64,000 nucleotides of DNA from Botryllus schlosseri (GCA_051294905.1 CM119386.1:8060001-8124000); one strand, 5' to 3'. Counted from the first letter of the stretch, positions 25,201 to 39,435 are shown. The notes: generated from the sequence alone by a model not told the origin. Numbers and translations: made by a program.

Positions 25201-28200
25201 GTAGCTAATGTCAGTAATGATATTTTAGAATAGAAAAAAATATAACTGTGGATGACATACCTCAGTCAAAGCGATGGAGTTTCCTTGGCTGTGCAACGTA
25301 AAGTCAGAACCAGTCCGTCTCATCATGCCGGCGTTACTATATTCCATGAAAAGGCCGTAAGTAACGTGAGCATCGTCAGTACTAAAAGCAACAATCCGAT
25401 TAAGCCACGTGGACAGTGAAGAGCTAAGTGCAAAGATCTTACGAAAATAAGACTCCAGTGAAGGCGGAAGCCATCCCTGAATTTGCTAGCGTCCAGTAAT
25501 TTGAAATCGTGCGGTCTTTGAGCACTTTGAGAATCACATCCCTTGAGAAAATGGTAATAAATATATCTTCAATGTTATGATAATACATTGCTACAAAATA
25601 ATGATAGGATGACATTAAATTATCCTCCATACTATTTAGCATGAAATATACAACCTGAGCAGCATTCTCAGCGACTTACACAGATAACACATGAATCATT
25701 TATAGCCTCTTAGTAGTTTTGCAATGGCATGAAATAAAACTTCATAATTTAGGCGAAGTCTACCCAATATCCATATCATCTGCATCCGCACATTAGCTCA
25801 AACGCCACGAACTAAAAATATTTGGTGACTTGAAATTGACTCAACATTGGAAAATTTGCGTGACATGACTTGCGAGTCAACTTGAAAACTTGTGGTGACT
25901 CAAAATGACTTGATCCCAACACTGCCTCATACAGAGATAACATTGCTCATTATCGTAATTTCACTTTTTGAAAACAAATTTCGCATACTTTGAAGGATGA
26001 TTGGTCTTGATGATGTCCATTATTTTTTGATACATGAAGTTTGAAAATTCCTTTGATTTGTCCTCCGGCAGCGAGAGAAGAATGTTTCTGATGCTGACTT
26101 CGCTCGGGTTGTTTGTGAGAATTAAAATACCCGCAGCTGACCGGATGGTGTTGTCGTACCATCTGACGTTCAGATGGTAGATCCTGTTCATCACTGCATG
26201 AAACTGCAATAAAAATGTTATTACGACACTTAAAATACGTTCCTAATGACAGATGGCAGCGGATGGTTGGGATTTGTTGCTATTGTATTTTTCGCAGATT
26301 TAACTTTGTAGAGCGAGCGAGCGAGATAGTGTAATGGTTATGCATCCGGCTTCTCGAGCGGTAGGTCGTGGGTTCGATCCCCGGCCGGGTCATACCAAAG
26401 ACTCGAAAATTGGTATCAGCAGCTATCCTGCTAGGCGCTCAGCAATCACGGATAGCATGGAGGAGAAAAAAATACGGGGGCGCAGACTAGATGACCTCAT
26501 GGGGCCGTATCGCAACTCCGTCGTCAAAGCATCTCAATGGTGCAGGCGAAAAAGAATACCATCTCTCTCTCTCTCTCTCTCTTTTGTCATCTTGTGTTAC
26601 AATCCTGGTCTTGTGAAGTTTTGAATTGATAAAATTATCAAACAAAATCTCATGATCCGACCTATTTACCATGACAAAACTTATTCTAAGCAACCATAAA
26701 ATCAAAAATCTGGACACCACTGTTATACACCACTTTGCCGTTGTTGTTCGCGATATTCATGGTGTTTTTCAACTACATTCGTCATTTACTCCAGGCCGAT
26801 ATTCTCTGTTATAATTGTGTATCTGCCGACTTGTAGCATGGCCCACTTCTCGTATTTTTTAAGACACCGCTTACTCAGATCTGTTAGCAAGTAATAGCCT
26901 AGATCAGTGGTTCTCAAACAATTTTTTACACGCCCCCTTAATGATGGTGATAAATTTCGCGCCCCCCTCATCGTGATGTCACAAAATATCAAAGAGAGCA
27001 ATCAGAATTCTAGCAATCCCAACGGATAGTTTGATGGCATTGAAGGTCATCGCTGTTGATGAGAGAATTCTCAAATAGGAAATTAGGACAATAGACAGAG
27101 CAATAAACATGAGGTGGAGGTAAATCGCGCTGAGAACCACTGGCCTAGATAAACATCCTACACTTGGGATGGAATTCTGGACTCGACCACGGTAGGACTC
27201 AACCTCAAAACTAATTTGTGCTGCAGCTGTGGATCAACCTTATTGAAATTAATTCTGTATGAAAAAATAAACACGGACGAGTGATTCATATCACAGACTT
27301 TCAAGTTATTGCTTTACAAACTTACGTCGCTTCCAAAATGCTTCGAGTCGAAGACAGTCAGTGTGGTGAGAGCGTGATGGCATACAAGATCGAATTTGCT
27401 CTTCTCGGCCAAATGAACGAGACGATTGATGAACTCGGGCATGCCGGAATTTCTCGCGATCAGTATGTGATGGTTTTGGGTTTCTTCCGTGGTGGACTGC
27501 ATGAAGCCGTCTTCTATCAGACGAATGATCTTTTGTGGAAGCTGCGGCAAACGGAAAAGATATTACTTAGCAGGTTTTTTTTTCATTAGGTAATCAGTGA
27601 AGCGATAGTATTACCTAGCAAGTTATGTTCACACTTGATCATTTCCCATTTGAGGTACAATGAACCACAAAATTTATCAATCATGGCTTATGTGCCATTC
27701 CTAAGGCTGGGAACAATGATTCGAGTATTTGATTGGAATAGGGTTTTAATTGTAATGAGTCAGGTCTAGTAGTGAGAGATCAGAGTGACGATTTTTTCGA
27801 GTTCGAAATTATACGTCTTTTGCAGGTTGGTAACCAAGTTGCAAGGTTGCGAGTCGCAAGTCAATCTCACTTATATAGTTTTGACTCGAGTCAAGTCAAG
27901 TCATTTTTAATTCACGACCGAGTCAAGTTCGAGTCCAAGGCAGCTAATAGAGGGTCGAGTCTGAGTCATTATGTTCACTGTTCAGTTTTCAGTACAATCC
28001 AGTTCAACCCATTTTTTTCAACTCTGCTTGAGTGATATAGAATGGCTCGCATTCATAATATAGTAATTTTCCTCAGTCTTAACAGTTTCTGGCCCTATTT
28101 TCCAAGTATCAGGACTGATAGACGAAATACCAATAAGTTGGTGACTTTACTATTCTTCAAAGTTACAATGAAATGTCTGTCTTGGTAATCCTAGCCTTGA

Positions 28201-31200
28201 GTCATATGACTTGGGCCGAGTCATGCACAATGTCTCGAGTACAAGTCGAGTCAATACAAAAATTGACTTGAGTCAAGTCAAAGTCAATTAATACTAGATT
28301 GGCTTTGCGTCACTCAGATACTCCATTTTGCCCAGCTCTAGTCCTGGCCCATCAAATTATTAAGTTATTCTGCTGCTTGGTAATGGTAGCGCTGGTAATG
28401 CAGAGTATAGTGAAGAATACTAATGATGTGCCATGTAATTGTATACCAATTCCCAAAAAATGTGTTGACCCGTCGAAACCTGGACTCTCATTGTCATTGT
28501 CAACAATCTAAAGTGCCAAGTCTCTGCAAGCAGACAAACAAATTTTACTAAAATAAATTTGATATACGCCTAGGCCTACAACTACATATATTTGAATTCA
28601 ATTTAATAAGTACAACTTGATGCTAGGCCAGGCCATGTTTTTTCACTTATAGATTAAGAACAGGCAGCACTGCCGAAACGTACCATCAGTTCATCAGTTA
28701 AACTGGCGGTTGATAACAAACAGCTGAACAAGCCAACTAAGCTGGTTCTGATAAGTTTTCAATATAAAAAAATGAATGTTATGGGTTTTGCATATCTTAC
28801 CTCTCTTTTGCAATTTCCCGGCTTTGCGGCACAAAACTTTTTCAGAACCGCACCGATGGCGAGTCCGACGGTGTCTTTGATCTTGGCACTGGAAATTTTT
28901 CCTTGATAGATTTTCTGTCGATGTAAAGTCAATAGTTACCCACTATTTAATGCTGTCAATTACTAACACCAATGCAAGTTACTAACCACAGGGTCCGCCA
29001 CAACGAGAACAGCCTTAAAGGGCGAAATGTATTCTTAGATTAGATAATTTTAGGGTTTAATATCTACAATTAAAATCTTGACAACTTTTTGTTTCTTTCC
29101 AAATCATTTTTTTTATCTGGTAACACTTTTGATGTAAATATGTACCAAACGGAGTTTTGTTGCCGAGCATGGCTTGCCTCATCTACCAGTAAATTAACTT
29201 GGTTGTAGTAACAACGACAGTTTGGATATCAAGTATATCATTCGCAATTATATTTACATATACATTATAGCGTACACACCTGTATCATACGTACAACTTC
29301 ATATCAGCACACATACTAAATAGAATCCTTCCATCCATACAATACAAAGGTAGAAAGTCTTGTATGAATTACCAGAAGATCTCTCAAAACTTTCTCGGAC
29401 GGGTGGGAAGAGAATGCGATCCCGGTCAAAGCCCGTTCGACTGCGCCTTCCATATTCTTGTCGTTGATGTCCAAATACTCCAAAAGCGCGTCTTGGGAAG
29501 ATTCAGTTTGCGCAGCGGCAAGTATATCCAGCAATGTGTATCTGAAAGTTGGAAAGATAAAATCAGTTCCGATGAAAATTTTACTTGAAGTAGCGTCGTC
29601 GGCAGAAAAAAACTCACAAAATGCTCTTGAACTGTTTTGTTTTCAATAGTTTCAGCAGCGTTGCTTTGTCAGCCTGTCTCGCCGCCCGCACAGCGGAAAT
29701 GTACGCCTGCGCCGACGTGATATTCGCCATGTTCTTCTTCGATAATTCTTCGGACAAATCCGTTATGATTTGGATTACCTAAATTGGGGTTGCCATATTT
29801 TGAGATCCGGAGAAGAGGACACTTTTTACAAATGACAAAACTTCGTAAAAATCGGACTAAAATAAAAGGATTTTCGAGAATCGACTCCCAGAACGCCCGG
29901 TCTAACATCAGATTTTGTTCTTTCTGCCTGCGCTGCCTTCGAAATAGTTTATCGCGTTGATTATGCCCTTTTTTAATTGTGCCTGTACAATCGCCTAGCT
30001 GTCAAAGCTAGAAAGGAGGACGAATAGCCAAAAACGAGTACATTTGGGCGTCTTCGGAGGACATTTTCGATTTCTTGAAAATGGAGGACAAACGAACAAC
30101 GAGGACGTGTGCTAACCTTACCTAAATGCGATATAACCTATGATATATGATTCCGCGACTCAAACACAAAGGGCACCGATACTGAGTATAGCTAAAGATT
30201 GCACATACGCAACTGGACTATCAGATTCAATTATAGATCCAAAAATTGATAACGAAAGTTAGCTCTTTGGTATGTAAAATACTCCCACATTGATTAAAAG
30301 CTGTATATTATATTTAATTTTTGAATGCGTATACAACTGCAGAGCATCAAATTATTGTGAGTAGAATACTGAATCTAAAGGGCATTCTCATAACCGACAA
30401 CATTATACTTACATCGAGGCAACCTTCAGCACAATTTTTGACGTCTCTTTCTGAAATTAGCGACTGTCGAACGTACTTTTCTCCGATTTTCCTTTGCTCT
30501 AAACACAAGGGAAATTATTACAAACAAAAATAGAAAGAATAATTTTGGTAAAATTCTGACTACCTCGGGCAAATGTTTGCAATGCCTCTTCTTTTGTCGA
30601 TAGCGATGAATCTTTAATGTCATCAATGGACAGGAGTCCCATTTTTTGTCTGGAAATTTAATGGACTAGTTAGTAACTAAATTTGATTGTGCGACAACCA
30701 GAGGCAGCAATTGGATTCTTTCATAAGAAGCTTTGAGTCAAGTACATAGAAAATACAGCATTGGGTAGAACTAGATCATTCTTCATACTCTGTGATGATG
30801 TCAATAACCAATACCACGTGGCTGCCAATGCATACATGCAGATGCATCACGACGAGGATTTCATGGGTAAGTGGGGACAATTTCCCATAATAATCAGCAG
30901 CAATTTGGGCAAAAAAATCTCACCAAGATAAATTACAAATATGAAATCTTCATCCCCATGCCATATCGATTTTCAGTATATCATACGTAGCTTATCACAA
31001 AATGACGCACACCATACCTCCCCAACGAATAAAGGCTTATCTCTTGTCTAACATTCAGCCTGATGGCGTGGGACTCAATGTTGACACCGTACATGATAAA
31101 GTTCTTGCCGGGCGCCAGAGTGTAGATACTTTGACTCGAAGAATCGGTTGTGATTCCAAGAACCTAAAAAGGGACAATATGTTACCATTACACAACAGAT

Positions 31201-34200
31201 TACTAACCTATGGATAGATGCGCTACTGCAGTCGGCACGCTTGGGTACTAAGAGATGTTTACTGCAAAGCAGTGTAAAAGAGGCATAATTGGTAGTCCTA
31301 AAGCCGGCGACCAAAGCACTCAAATTTGATAAAGTTGATCTTGATGATCATATTTGAAAGCTACTGTCGCTCTGATTCCGAAAACATTCATTCAAATGTG
31401 GTCAGGGAAATGTAACCATCCCGAAATGAGCCCCAAAATCTGAAAACCAGAACTGTTCTGAACAATCGCAGTGACGCAGTACAATGACCTTGACAATGAA
31501 AATGACAACAATGACCGCTGCCATCTATCCGTAGGTCAGTTATGTATAATTATACATGGTACGACCTGGGTTGGTATCAACTCACCTCACCTCAGTATTT
31601 AAGAGACAATTCATTACAAAAAATATGACAGATTGGTGCAATATGTGTACAAGATAATTGATCATGAAATATGATAGCCAACTAGATTAGTATATTCACG
31701 TCAAGCTGTCATATCAATGTAATCATAAACACATAATTCAGATACACCCGTACAATCGTACATACATACATTTTAGATCATCACACTCGATACCCACCTT
31801 ATTAGGCGAAGTAAAGCTTTCTTCGCCGTGGACACACGACTCCATATCTTTCTCTTTTTTTACCTCCATACCATCGATTCTATATGTTATATTGCATTTA
31901 CCGGAGAGATCTTCCTAAACATTACAGAGTATACGGAAATAACAAAATTTCCGAGAATCCCATTAGCAGATCTAAGTATATTACCTCAACGCGGACCCCG
32001 GGATGCGTTTGAACTTGAAAGAATCCCAAAATACCTCTTTTGATATTGAGCGATGTTACCGTCTCTCCTGTGCTTGCATAGAATTCTTCAATCTAGACAA
32101 AAAGTTTAAGTAGTAACGATGTACAAGTTTACATATAATTAACAAGAAACACTATGGAATGACATGGTACAGAAATTCACATGTCATGGCGCTATCATGC
32201 TCAACAATATTATATGGCAATATCTACGCCACCGATTGACCTATACATGTGGTGCATAGTAACTATTATATTCGTTAAATACGTCTGAAAAGACACCAAC
32301 AGTATACAGGAGCCCATATTTATCTCTCCAGTTACACTACTTTCAATATGGTACATTGATATCAATCACTCACACAACAACACATTTTGTATCAAAGTAC
32401 TTTTACTTGTGCCAGTTCAACTTCTTGATAATTAATAACATGAGCCTTGAATACTTTACAAGGCCTCTATTTTGTTTCTAGAATACGTCTTAATAAGACT
32501 CGGAAAGCATTACTTTTGCTAGGGCGTGGATAAAATTTGAGTGGGCTACTTCTACTTTTACATGAGCAACACGGTTGAGTGCTTCCTTCCACAAGTAACT
32601 AGCCGCCAGCTAAGCTTCCATATTATCCAGTCATGTATAGCAATTACAATCATGATTTGTAATCTCGACTTACACTCACCTAAATATTCACAGTAAAGAC
32701 TATTGCAATTGTGTTCCATATATTGGACTCTGGCCATCGTATATTCCATAATATCTATAACTCACTAAATGAAAACTGCCATCTCGAGGTCAGTATCTCT
32801 TCGATGCATTCATCAAGCAGCATGCATTTTGATACTTGATTACTTACCAGGCCATCTTTCCATCGGAATATAATTGGTTTCGTGATGGTTCGAAGGGCCG
32901 CGCTATTTCTTGTCACAAAAAAATTTGGATCTCTCCTCTCCTTGTCGCTGACATTGAAGACTTCGGCTCCGTCGAACTTGAAAGAAAACTTTTGAAAGTT
33001 TATTCCTTTCCAAACAACCTTGTTAACATCTGGAATATGGCTAGGGGCAGATTGGGCATATTTATTGTTCATTGTTATGTTGCCATTTATCAGACATATT
33101 TTAGTACCAGGGGCTAGAAAGAATTTTTATTGTGTGATATTACCAGAGGTGGTCAGTAATGAATTACTTCTACTTTTTAGAAGTAGCCTACTCAAGTAGG
33201 GTTTGGCCACTTGCACTACTTCAAGTGGTTATGATTATAGACTACTCTACTTCGAAGTATTCAGTTTTCAAGCAAAACCTGGCCAAGAATACTTACTTTT
33301 TACGTTATTGGAAATAGCTACTTCTACTTTTACTTAAGTAGAAATTTACATTTTAAAGTCTATTAGAGTAGCAACGATGACTACCTTTACCACATCTGGA
33401 TATTACAAATATAGTTAGGTCAAAACTCCCCCCCCCCCCCCCCGACCATATTTTTATAGGAGGCGCACTAATGCTACCCTAGCTCCACCAAGATTTGTAT
33501 TATTAACGTAGCCTACACACAAAATCATGATCCAACAATTTAATGGTGTATGATGGAGGACCAAAAGAACTAAAATTAGTTTATAACATCGAAGACCAAT
33601 AGAATATGTCACTTTTTATGGTTAGACAGGAATGCGCAATAAGGTCTTGCAGACTTACGTTGCTTAGCCAAATCAAAATACATCTATGATGCCTCCTAAC
33701 TTAGCAAGATATGTGGGCTGATACAAAGCAATGCAATGTTGGACTCACCTTCATTTCAACAATTTGGTCATATTTGTTGTTCGGGTCCGTCCATCTCACA
33801 ATAAGGTCGACCACGGCGTTAACTCGAACACCTTTCAAGATAATGAATAAATACATCAGCAATCAGCATAAGAATTTTCACGCAGCGTATCGTTCAGGCC
33901 GCGACTTTACGATCGAGGCTCAAACATTGGCTGAACTCATTCGATAAAGCACAATCTCATTGCCAATAAGCACTTTCAGATGGGAAGTTAAAGTTATAAA
34001 TTTAAAGAGACCATTGGAGGTAAAGGACATCAGTATACAATTGAATAATAAATTTATATTAAACTAAGCCCGGGTATTTTCGGCTGACACTCGTCAGAAG
34101 TAATCGTCAAAACTGACGCTTGCAAAATAGATTACTGAATTTGCCGCACAAGGACACGCATTGAGAATTAATAAACGTACCGGGTTGCGTGGCACAGGCG

Positions 34201-34440
34201 ATAATACTCACCGACGTCCGAGTGGCGCGTGTGAACTTTAGCATCCGTCGGCACGTCGGCTTCGTTCAGTTCCACTTCGGCTTCGTAGCTGTATTGGTAT
34301 ACTTTCGTCGGATCCAAAGACTGTCCCGATACACCCGCTGAAGCTGCTTGTGCGAAGCCACGCACAGCAAAACAACAGCACGAATGAAAGCAAGTCGCGC
34401 AGATCATAAACATGTAAGGTAGGATTCGCGAGGGCCTCAT
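22227..34440 (-). CDS. MTTP: Microsomal triglyceride transfer protein large subunit (~915 aa, 19 exons)
   Basis: Exons (descending): 34212-34440, 33749-33831, 32848-32976, 31985-32092, 31798-31914, 31018-31163, 30564-30649, 30413-30498, 29618-29778, 29373-29541, 28801-28914, 27326-27541, 25989-26203, 25443-25541, 25261-25381, 24299-24526, 23842-23966, 23609-23779, 22227-22371; all GT-AG, phase-compatible, total 2748 nt. Peptides match MTTP landmarks in order: NIKRGILGFFQ, EDLSGKCNITY, SCVHGEESFTSPNKVLG, DILAAAQTESSQDALLEYLD, FSSHPSEKVL, RSAAGILILTNNPS, VKLRPLTFFRGY, FSLW, LPLQQGNSVMC. Confidence 0.95.
22480..22845. mobile_element. Diverged copy of TAGGGCTGTTCAAAA MITE family in MTTP last intron
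   Basis: Right end atttttgaacagcccta and internal palindrome homologous to 19597-20193. Confidence 0.65.
22891..23055. mobile_element. hAT MITE
   Basis: Ends caggggtgttc / gcaacctctg; AGTAG/CTACT repeats; TSD ggttttat/ggtttaat (7/8). Confidence 0.7.
26318..26582 (+). mobile_element. tRNA-derived SINE, copy 2 (MTTP intron)
   Basis: Same head, core and (TC)n tail as copies 1 and 3. Confidence 0.88.
26905..27142. mobile_element. hAT-Charlie MITE
   Basis: TIR cagtggttctca / tgagaaccactg; perfect TSD gcctagat. Confidence 0.9.
27828..28290. repeat. Remnants of the GAGTCAAGTC-rich hAT family
   Basis: Degenerate tcgagtcaagtc arrays at ~27828-27975 and ~28195-28290 like the ends of 56524-57497; another end fragment at ~25820-25924. 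Confidence 0.55.
33144..33398. mobile_element. hAT MITE
   Basis: TIR cagaggtggt / accacatctg, AGTAG/CTACT repeats, perfect TSD gatattac. Confidence 0.85.
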
Positions 34441-35530
34441 AGTCGCGATGATACGTTATGCGAAAATCTAGAATTTCAGCAATAAGCGTGGAATGCGTTA
34501 TAAGCGATTAAGGGCGACTTCCATCTAGATAAGCTTGAGAATATATATTATGCCAAAAAATAAACGTAGTAGTTTCAAGTCACATGTTTCAGCCTTGCGC
34601 AACTACCCATTGTATAGCATCGCTCAGTCACCAACCAGGGCAGGTCAAACTTGAAGGAATTTCTTATCACCTTTTATTAGCATAGTACCGCTATGAATGA
34701 AATTGGTGAAAGCAAACGAAAAGTACAAAAAGCTACTCTACTACGGTTGGGTAAGCCATTTATTTGATTCACTCAAAATAACTCGTATGCCAAACGCGCT
34801 GAATCACGTTGACGTTTCAAACCCACCCATGTATATTCAATAGAATTACAAATATGTTATACATTCGCAATTTAGAAACGGTTGTAGGCCTCGGTAAGCG
34901 ACTGAAGCTTCTCACGAATCTCTTTGTTTTTGCTCAAAATTGTCATAACAAGTTTAGCTCTAACCGATTATATATTTCCCTGCACTGTTTCCAGTCAATA
35001 TCTTCACTTCAACTTTCTCGATACTAAGCAACACTTCATATATGATCGAAACAGCAGCTCCTTACAGAGCATTTCGCACAGCCACGTATATATCCTCGTA
35101 AAACTACATCGTGTTGTTTACCAATTACTGCAAACTCAACAACATAACACAGGCGGAGAAGAGATATCTGATCGTCGCGAATGTTGTGAGCGTAAAGCTA
35201 GATCGGCCGCTACTTTTGCAATACTGACTGCCGCTCTCGCTTAGCGGAGCAAAGTCCAATCTACGAAGCAAGTACTTTTTCGCTTTGAAAACATAGGATT
35301 GCACAATAACCGGGAGCGAGAGAGAAACGAAGGCCCAGATTCAAGTCGTTTGCATAAGAATTGAACCGGCTTCATCGTCACTGTCGGTCGATGAATGGAT
35401 GACGAACTATTTGAGAAAATTCGATTTGGAAGAACTAATACTATATATACCTTGAATAGCGTACGAATTGGTAGTGTTCTCTCAAAGTTTCGAATATTTT
35501 GCTGCGGAATCAGAAATTGGGTAAACTTAC

Positions 35531-35591
35531 CGGCAAATACGACAAATGCGATCCACAGCGCACGAAAAGCGATGCTCTTGTTGATTGCCAT
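35531..35591 (-). CDS. Candidate alternative first coding exon (signal peptide MAINKSIAFRALWIAFVVFA), probably of MTTP
   Basis: Acceptor ttttaaacaag just upstream, ggaATGG start, hydrophobic signal-like peptide, perfect GTAAGT donor in phase 1; phase-1 AG acceptors exist inside MTTP exon 1 (cacaag, aagcag, cttcag near 34340-34350). Confidence 0.45.
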
Positions 35592-37194
35592 TCCGCTTGT
35601 TTAAAATTGAGCTATTAAACTATCAATGAAAACACCAAAGTCACAAAAAGTACAGTAGTGAAAATGTTTTGATAACAAAACTGTTCTCGAAAGTGATGAA
35701 TCACAATGTTCCTTTGTTCGAGGCAACAGCTTGCTGTGCCAGCAAATAATGTATACGTGTACCTTCTCAGAGCATGAGCAATGAGCATATTGGCGATATA
35801 TGCTGGTTATATTTATAACAGGGATTATATATATTGTCGTAATGGTGAACATAATACTCAACTGAAGTGCGTTGACTCTGATGATAAACTTATCCGTTAG
35901 AAATCAAGACAATATCTGTCGATGCGTAATGCGTTTGCATGTCTCCAGGGCAAAATACTAGTAGGCCTACATTTATTCCCAGCACCGTTGTAAGTGCACA
36001 CTGAACAATGAACATCGAATAATGGAATCAGCAATCTTGTTCGCATTTTGGTTACACATGAGCCTCACCTGTCTAGAGTTCCCTGTAATGCTAAAGAAAT
36101 CATATTCATCGATAGCTACCATAGCGACTTGAAGTGTCGCCAATAAATCGTTTTTATCGGCGCGAGATAGTTTTATATAGATGCCGGTGGAATCAATGCC
36201 CGCAAGTGAGCAAAGTCCACGATAACGTATCCGATACACGCAGCATTCGTAAACGTGGCAAAATCTTGTTAGGAGTCGGACACCGGGTTTACTACTGATT
36301 GCATTGAGTCAACAACCAAAGCACACAATTGATATCATGTATCGAATTGCGATTGTATGATGTCATTATAGACGTTTGACTTTAAATTATGATGCTATCG
36401 CTGACTGCAACTCGAAGAGCGGACATATTCGCTACAACCGTTTGTGAAAGGTTTCTTCGCGAATCGCCAAGAATATGCTGAGACTTGATATTGTTTACCA
36501 AGCGACGCATCAATAATCACAGCTGATTTCTCTCGCTGCAACGGAGCGGAACCTACATGGCAGGTCAAAATCATCTGTTTTTGTACTCTTGAGAAGAAAT
36601 ATTTGGTTATCCACCAGGATTGATATATTCCTCGTGTCCACCCACAAACGTTTAAGCGAAGCCAACTTGTTCAGCTCAATTGCATAATATTGTAGGCGCC
36701 AGCGCAAACGACGACCGACAGCCAATAAATCACAAAAATAATGCTTTCGGAATCTCTTGATAGCGATTCCACGCGTGCAGCCGCAAAGACCACACACGCG
36801 CCACGCACGGCGGAAGCCCTTTTGCTCGACATGGAGTAGACAGAGATAATATATCTTCAGAATTTAATAGTATTTCTGGTGATTAGTTATGCGTATCAGC
36901 AAACACTATGGGGCATTGTGCCGGGGTGGGGTATTTTATATGCATGACGTGGCCATGCAGGATTGAAGAATCCATCCTCAGATCTTCAACGCATCCAAAG
37001 TACTTGCTTTTTACAATTAGTCAAGTAGAAAGTAAATGTTTTGATAGATCATAGCCTTTACAAGGGATCCAGTACGCGAAGGGATTTTGACCGGCCCACA
37101 GAGAGTTTCTACCCTGAAAGTGAAATTCAATTCTGAAAGTATTGACAAATTTTATGCGTCATAAAATGAATCCAAATTTGCCAACCTGAGAAAG

Positions 37195-37392
37195 ATGGAT
37201 ATGAAAGTGAGACTACTTGTCCTGTTCGGGTTCACATATACATTGTCGACCATGAGCACTGACGAGACAAGGCTGCGTTCCAATATAACTGACGTTCACG
37301 TGCAGTTTTTACAAAGGGTTTCTACATACGATATGCAGCCTGAGTTCAAAGAACTCTTCGACAACTTTGACCGACCACAGATGTCTGATTGA
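37195..37392 (+). CDS. Candidate small secreted peptide (65 aa, orphan)
   Basis: aagATGG start, signal-like MDMKVRLLVLFGFTYTLS, NIT sequon, AATAAA at 37410 shortly after the stop; no family recognised. Confidence 0.3.
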   Translation: MDMKVRLLVLFGFTYTLSTMSTDETRLRSNITDVHVQFLQRVSTYDMQPEFKELFDNFDRPQMSD

Positions 37393-38584
37393 CTCCAACA
37401 ACTACTGTCAATAAATAAATTAAATACTGTTTTTGGTCTCTATGGTTTAAAGTTTAAAGCTTAAACACGATTTAGTCCCATGTTTGGTGGATAAATACGC
37501 GTATGTAATCCGGCCCACCACGTACTTCATTTACCCATATACGTCCCGCCGACCGGAGAAGCTGCCTATCCCTGTTCTAGTGAATAAATACTAGTCTGTG
37601 TTGAGATAACCGTATCACGATGGATGATATGTAGACCTCGCCTTTGGACACATGTCCCTGCATTTTTATCGCTTGTCCTATTTAAGTTATCTTCTATGAC
37701 TCCACTTTTCATTCGGTGTGCATGCCTTTTCTTTATGCCTAGACGGGTGTCCGATTTCAGAGATAACTCCAAGTCGTTTCGAGACCTTACTATCTTTTGA
37801 TTGTATCACAATCTTGAGGTGTTCAGATCTGATGGTATTATTATTTGATAGTCTGAAACAGACCTGAAACTATAGTCTAGATATCCACGCTGGGAAGAAA
37901 TTAGCAGCATTACTTCTACTTGAATATCCTCAATGTCCAGACAACGTCTGCGACTAAACATGGATGTCTGAAACAATGCATCAGCCAGCATCTCCAAACT
38001 CACATGTTAACAAAATCAACTTTATTTCAACGAGGTACTCAAGCATTAATTTCATCCATACCGTGAGGTATTACTCACGTTTACTATAGGCAATCTCTTG
38101 ATACAAATATATAAGAAAGCAGACACTATAAATCTCATAACATTTTAAACAATTTGATAGAATGATGGTCTTCTACAGTGGGAAGTATGGAAAATATATA
38201 TATTACATAAATTGGATTTGAAAATAGAGAGTTACAGGCCTACTGAAGTTGGACTAAGATGGATAAAATATTCAAATTGGACGGGAATTTCCAGGCGAAG
38301 TGTTATATAACACCAAATTTTAGTTGATAAAGTAAATCAGAAGTAGGCTGATTAAGAACCTGGAGCAAAATTGGATTGACTGTAGTTTTAAAAAAAATAT
38401 CAAAAAATTTAAAGCAAATGAAAACCAAACCTTGGAAGAATAGTTTCAAGTAAAATTGCAATTGCAAATGTCATTTGTGGATATCTCAATTTGCATTACT
38501 CTACATTGGGTCAGCAATAAGAGCTTGAACACAGTGAGTAGTACGGGAAATCCCAAAGGCACCAGCGCAACTGAACCCTCATGG

Positions 38585-39435
38585 CAGACTTGGACAACTA
38601 GAAAATTTTCAGCTTTTTCAAATTAGATTAGAATTAGAATTAGAGCTACACAGTTTTTTCCAAATTAGATTAGAACTAGAATTAGAGCAACAAAATTTTT
38701 CCAAATTAGATTAGGATTAGAATTAGAGCTACACAGCTTTTTTCAGATTAGATTAGAATTAGAATTACTGAATTCGCAAATACTTGGAAATTGAATGAAA
38801 TTGTGAATGAGAAATCAAGTTCAGTTCATATCAAATCACAGCGCGTTCCCATAATAATGAGAATGGTCTGTACACCATGCTTGGCTCGTTTTGCAAATCA
38901 GTGTTCACCAAGACGCGGGCCACATGCGGCCGGCGATCTGATTTGTGATTTTGGAAGAACGCGAAGTAAAGCATTGTGAAATGATGAAATTGATTTCAGT
39001 TTCAAATTATTGTTGTTGTTTTTTCAAAATAATCTATTTGCCTGTGCCCAACAACACTATTCCGCACTAGCAGAAGCGGCTTCGGCGTTGCACTAACACA
39101 TGGTTAATTATTATTCGTCACAACTACTACTATGATCGTACGTACTGTGTACTGTAAGTAATGCGATGGCGGCTTGGCAGTTGGCACTAGATTTCCCTGT
39201 GCGAGAGGGATATTCTTATTAACTCGCTACAAAATGCCGCGGACAACGAGGCATTTTCAGGAAAACAATAAATTAGATTAGAAATAGAATTAGAGCTTAG
39301 GACCATTTCACAAATTAGTAGAATTAGAATTAGAGCATTGAAACATTTCACAAATTAGACTAAAATTAGATTACTGGCATTTCGCTCTAATTTAGTGAAA
39401 TTAGACTACAAGAATTATCTAGTTGTCCAAGTCTG
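38585..39435. mobile_element. Non-autonomous hAT element
   Basis: 17-bp TIR cagacttggacaactag, AATTAG subterminal arrays, perfect TSD cctcatgg; lies ~230 bp beyond the TRP stop codon. Confidence 0.92.

Noticed and set aside
28400-28510. Intronic minus-strand frame resembling MTTP ...GIQL..VFF
   Set aside because: Out of order relative to the MTTP alignment; the true segment is exon 24299-24526 and the model is complete without it.
31208-31272. Candidate MTTP exon KHLLVPKRADC
   Set aside because: Exon 31798-31914 matches that MTTP region better and phases join without it.
38283-38292. Perfect kB site GGGAATTTCC
   Set aside because: Isolated and far from the cluster; a few such sites are expected by chance in 64 kb.
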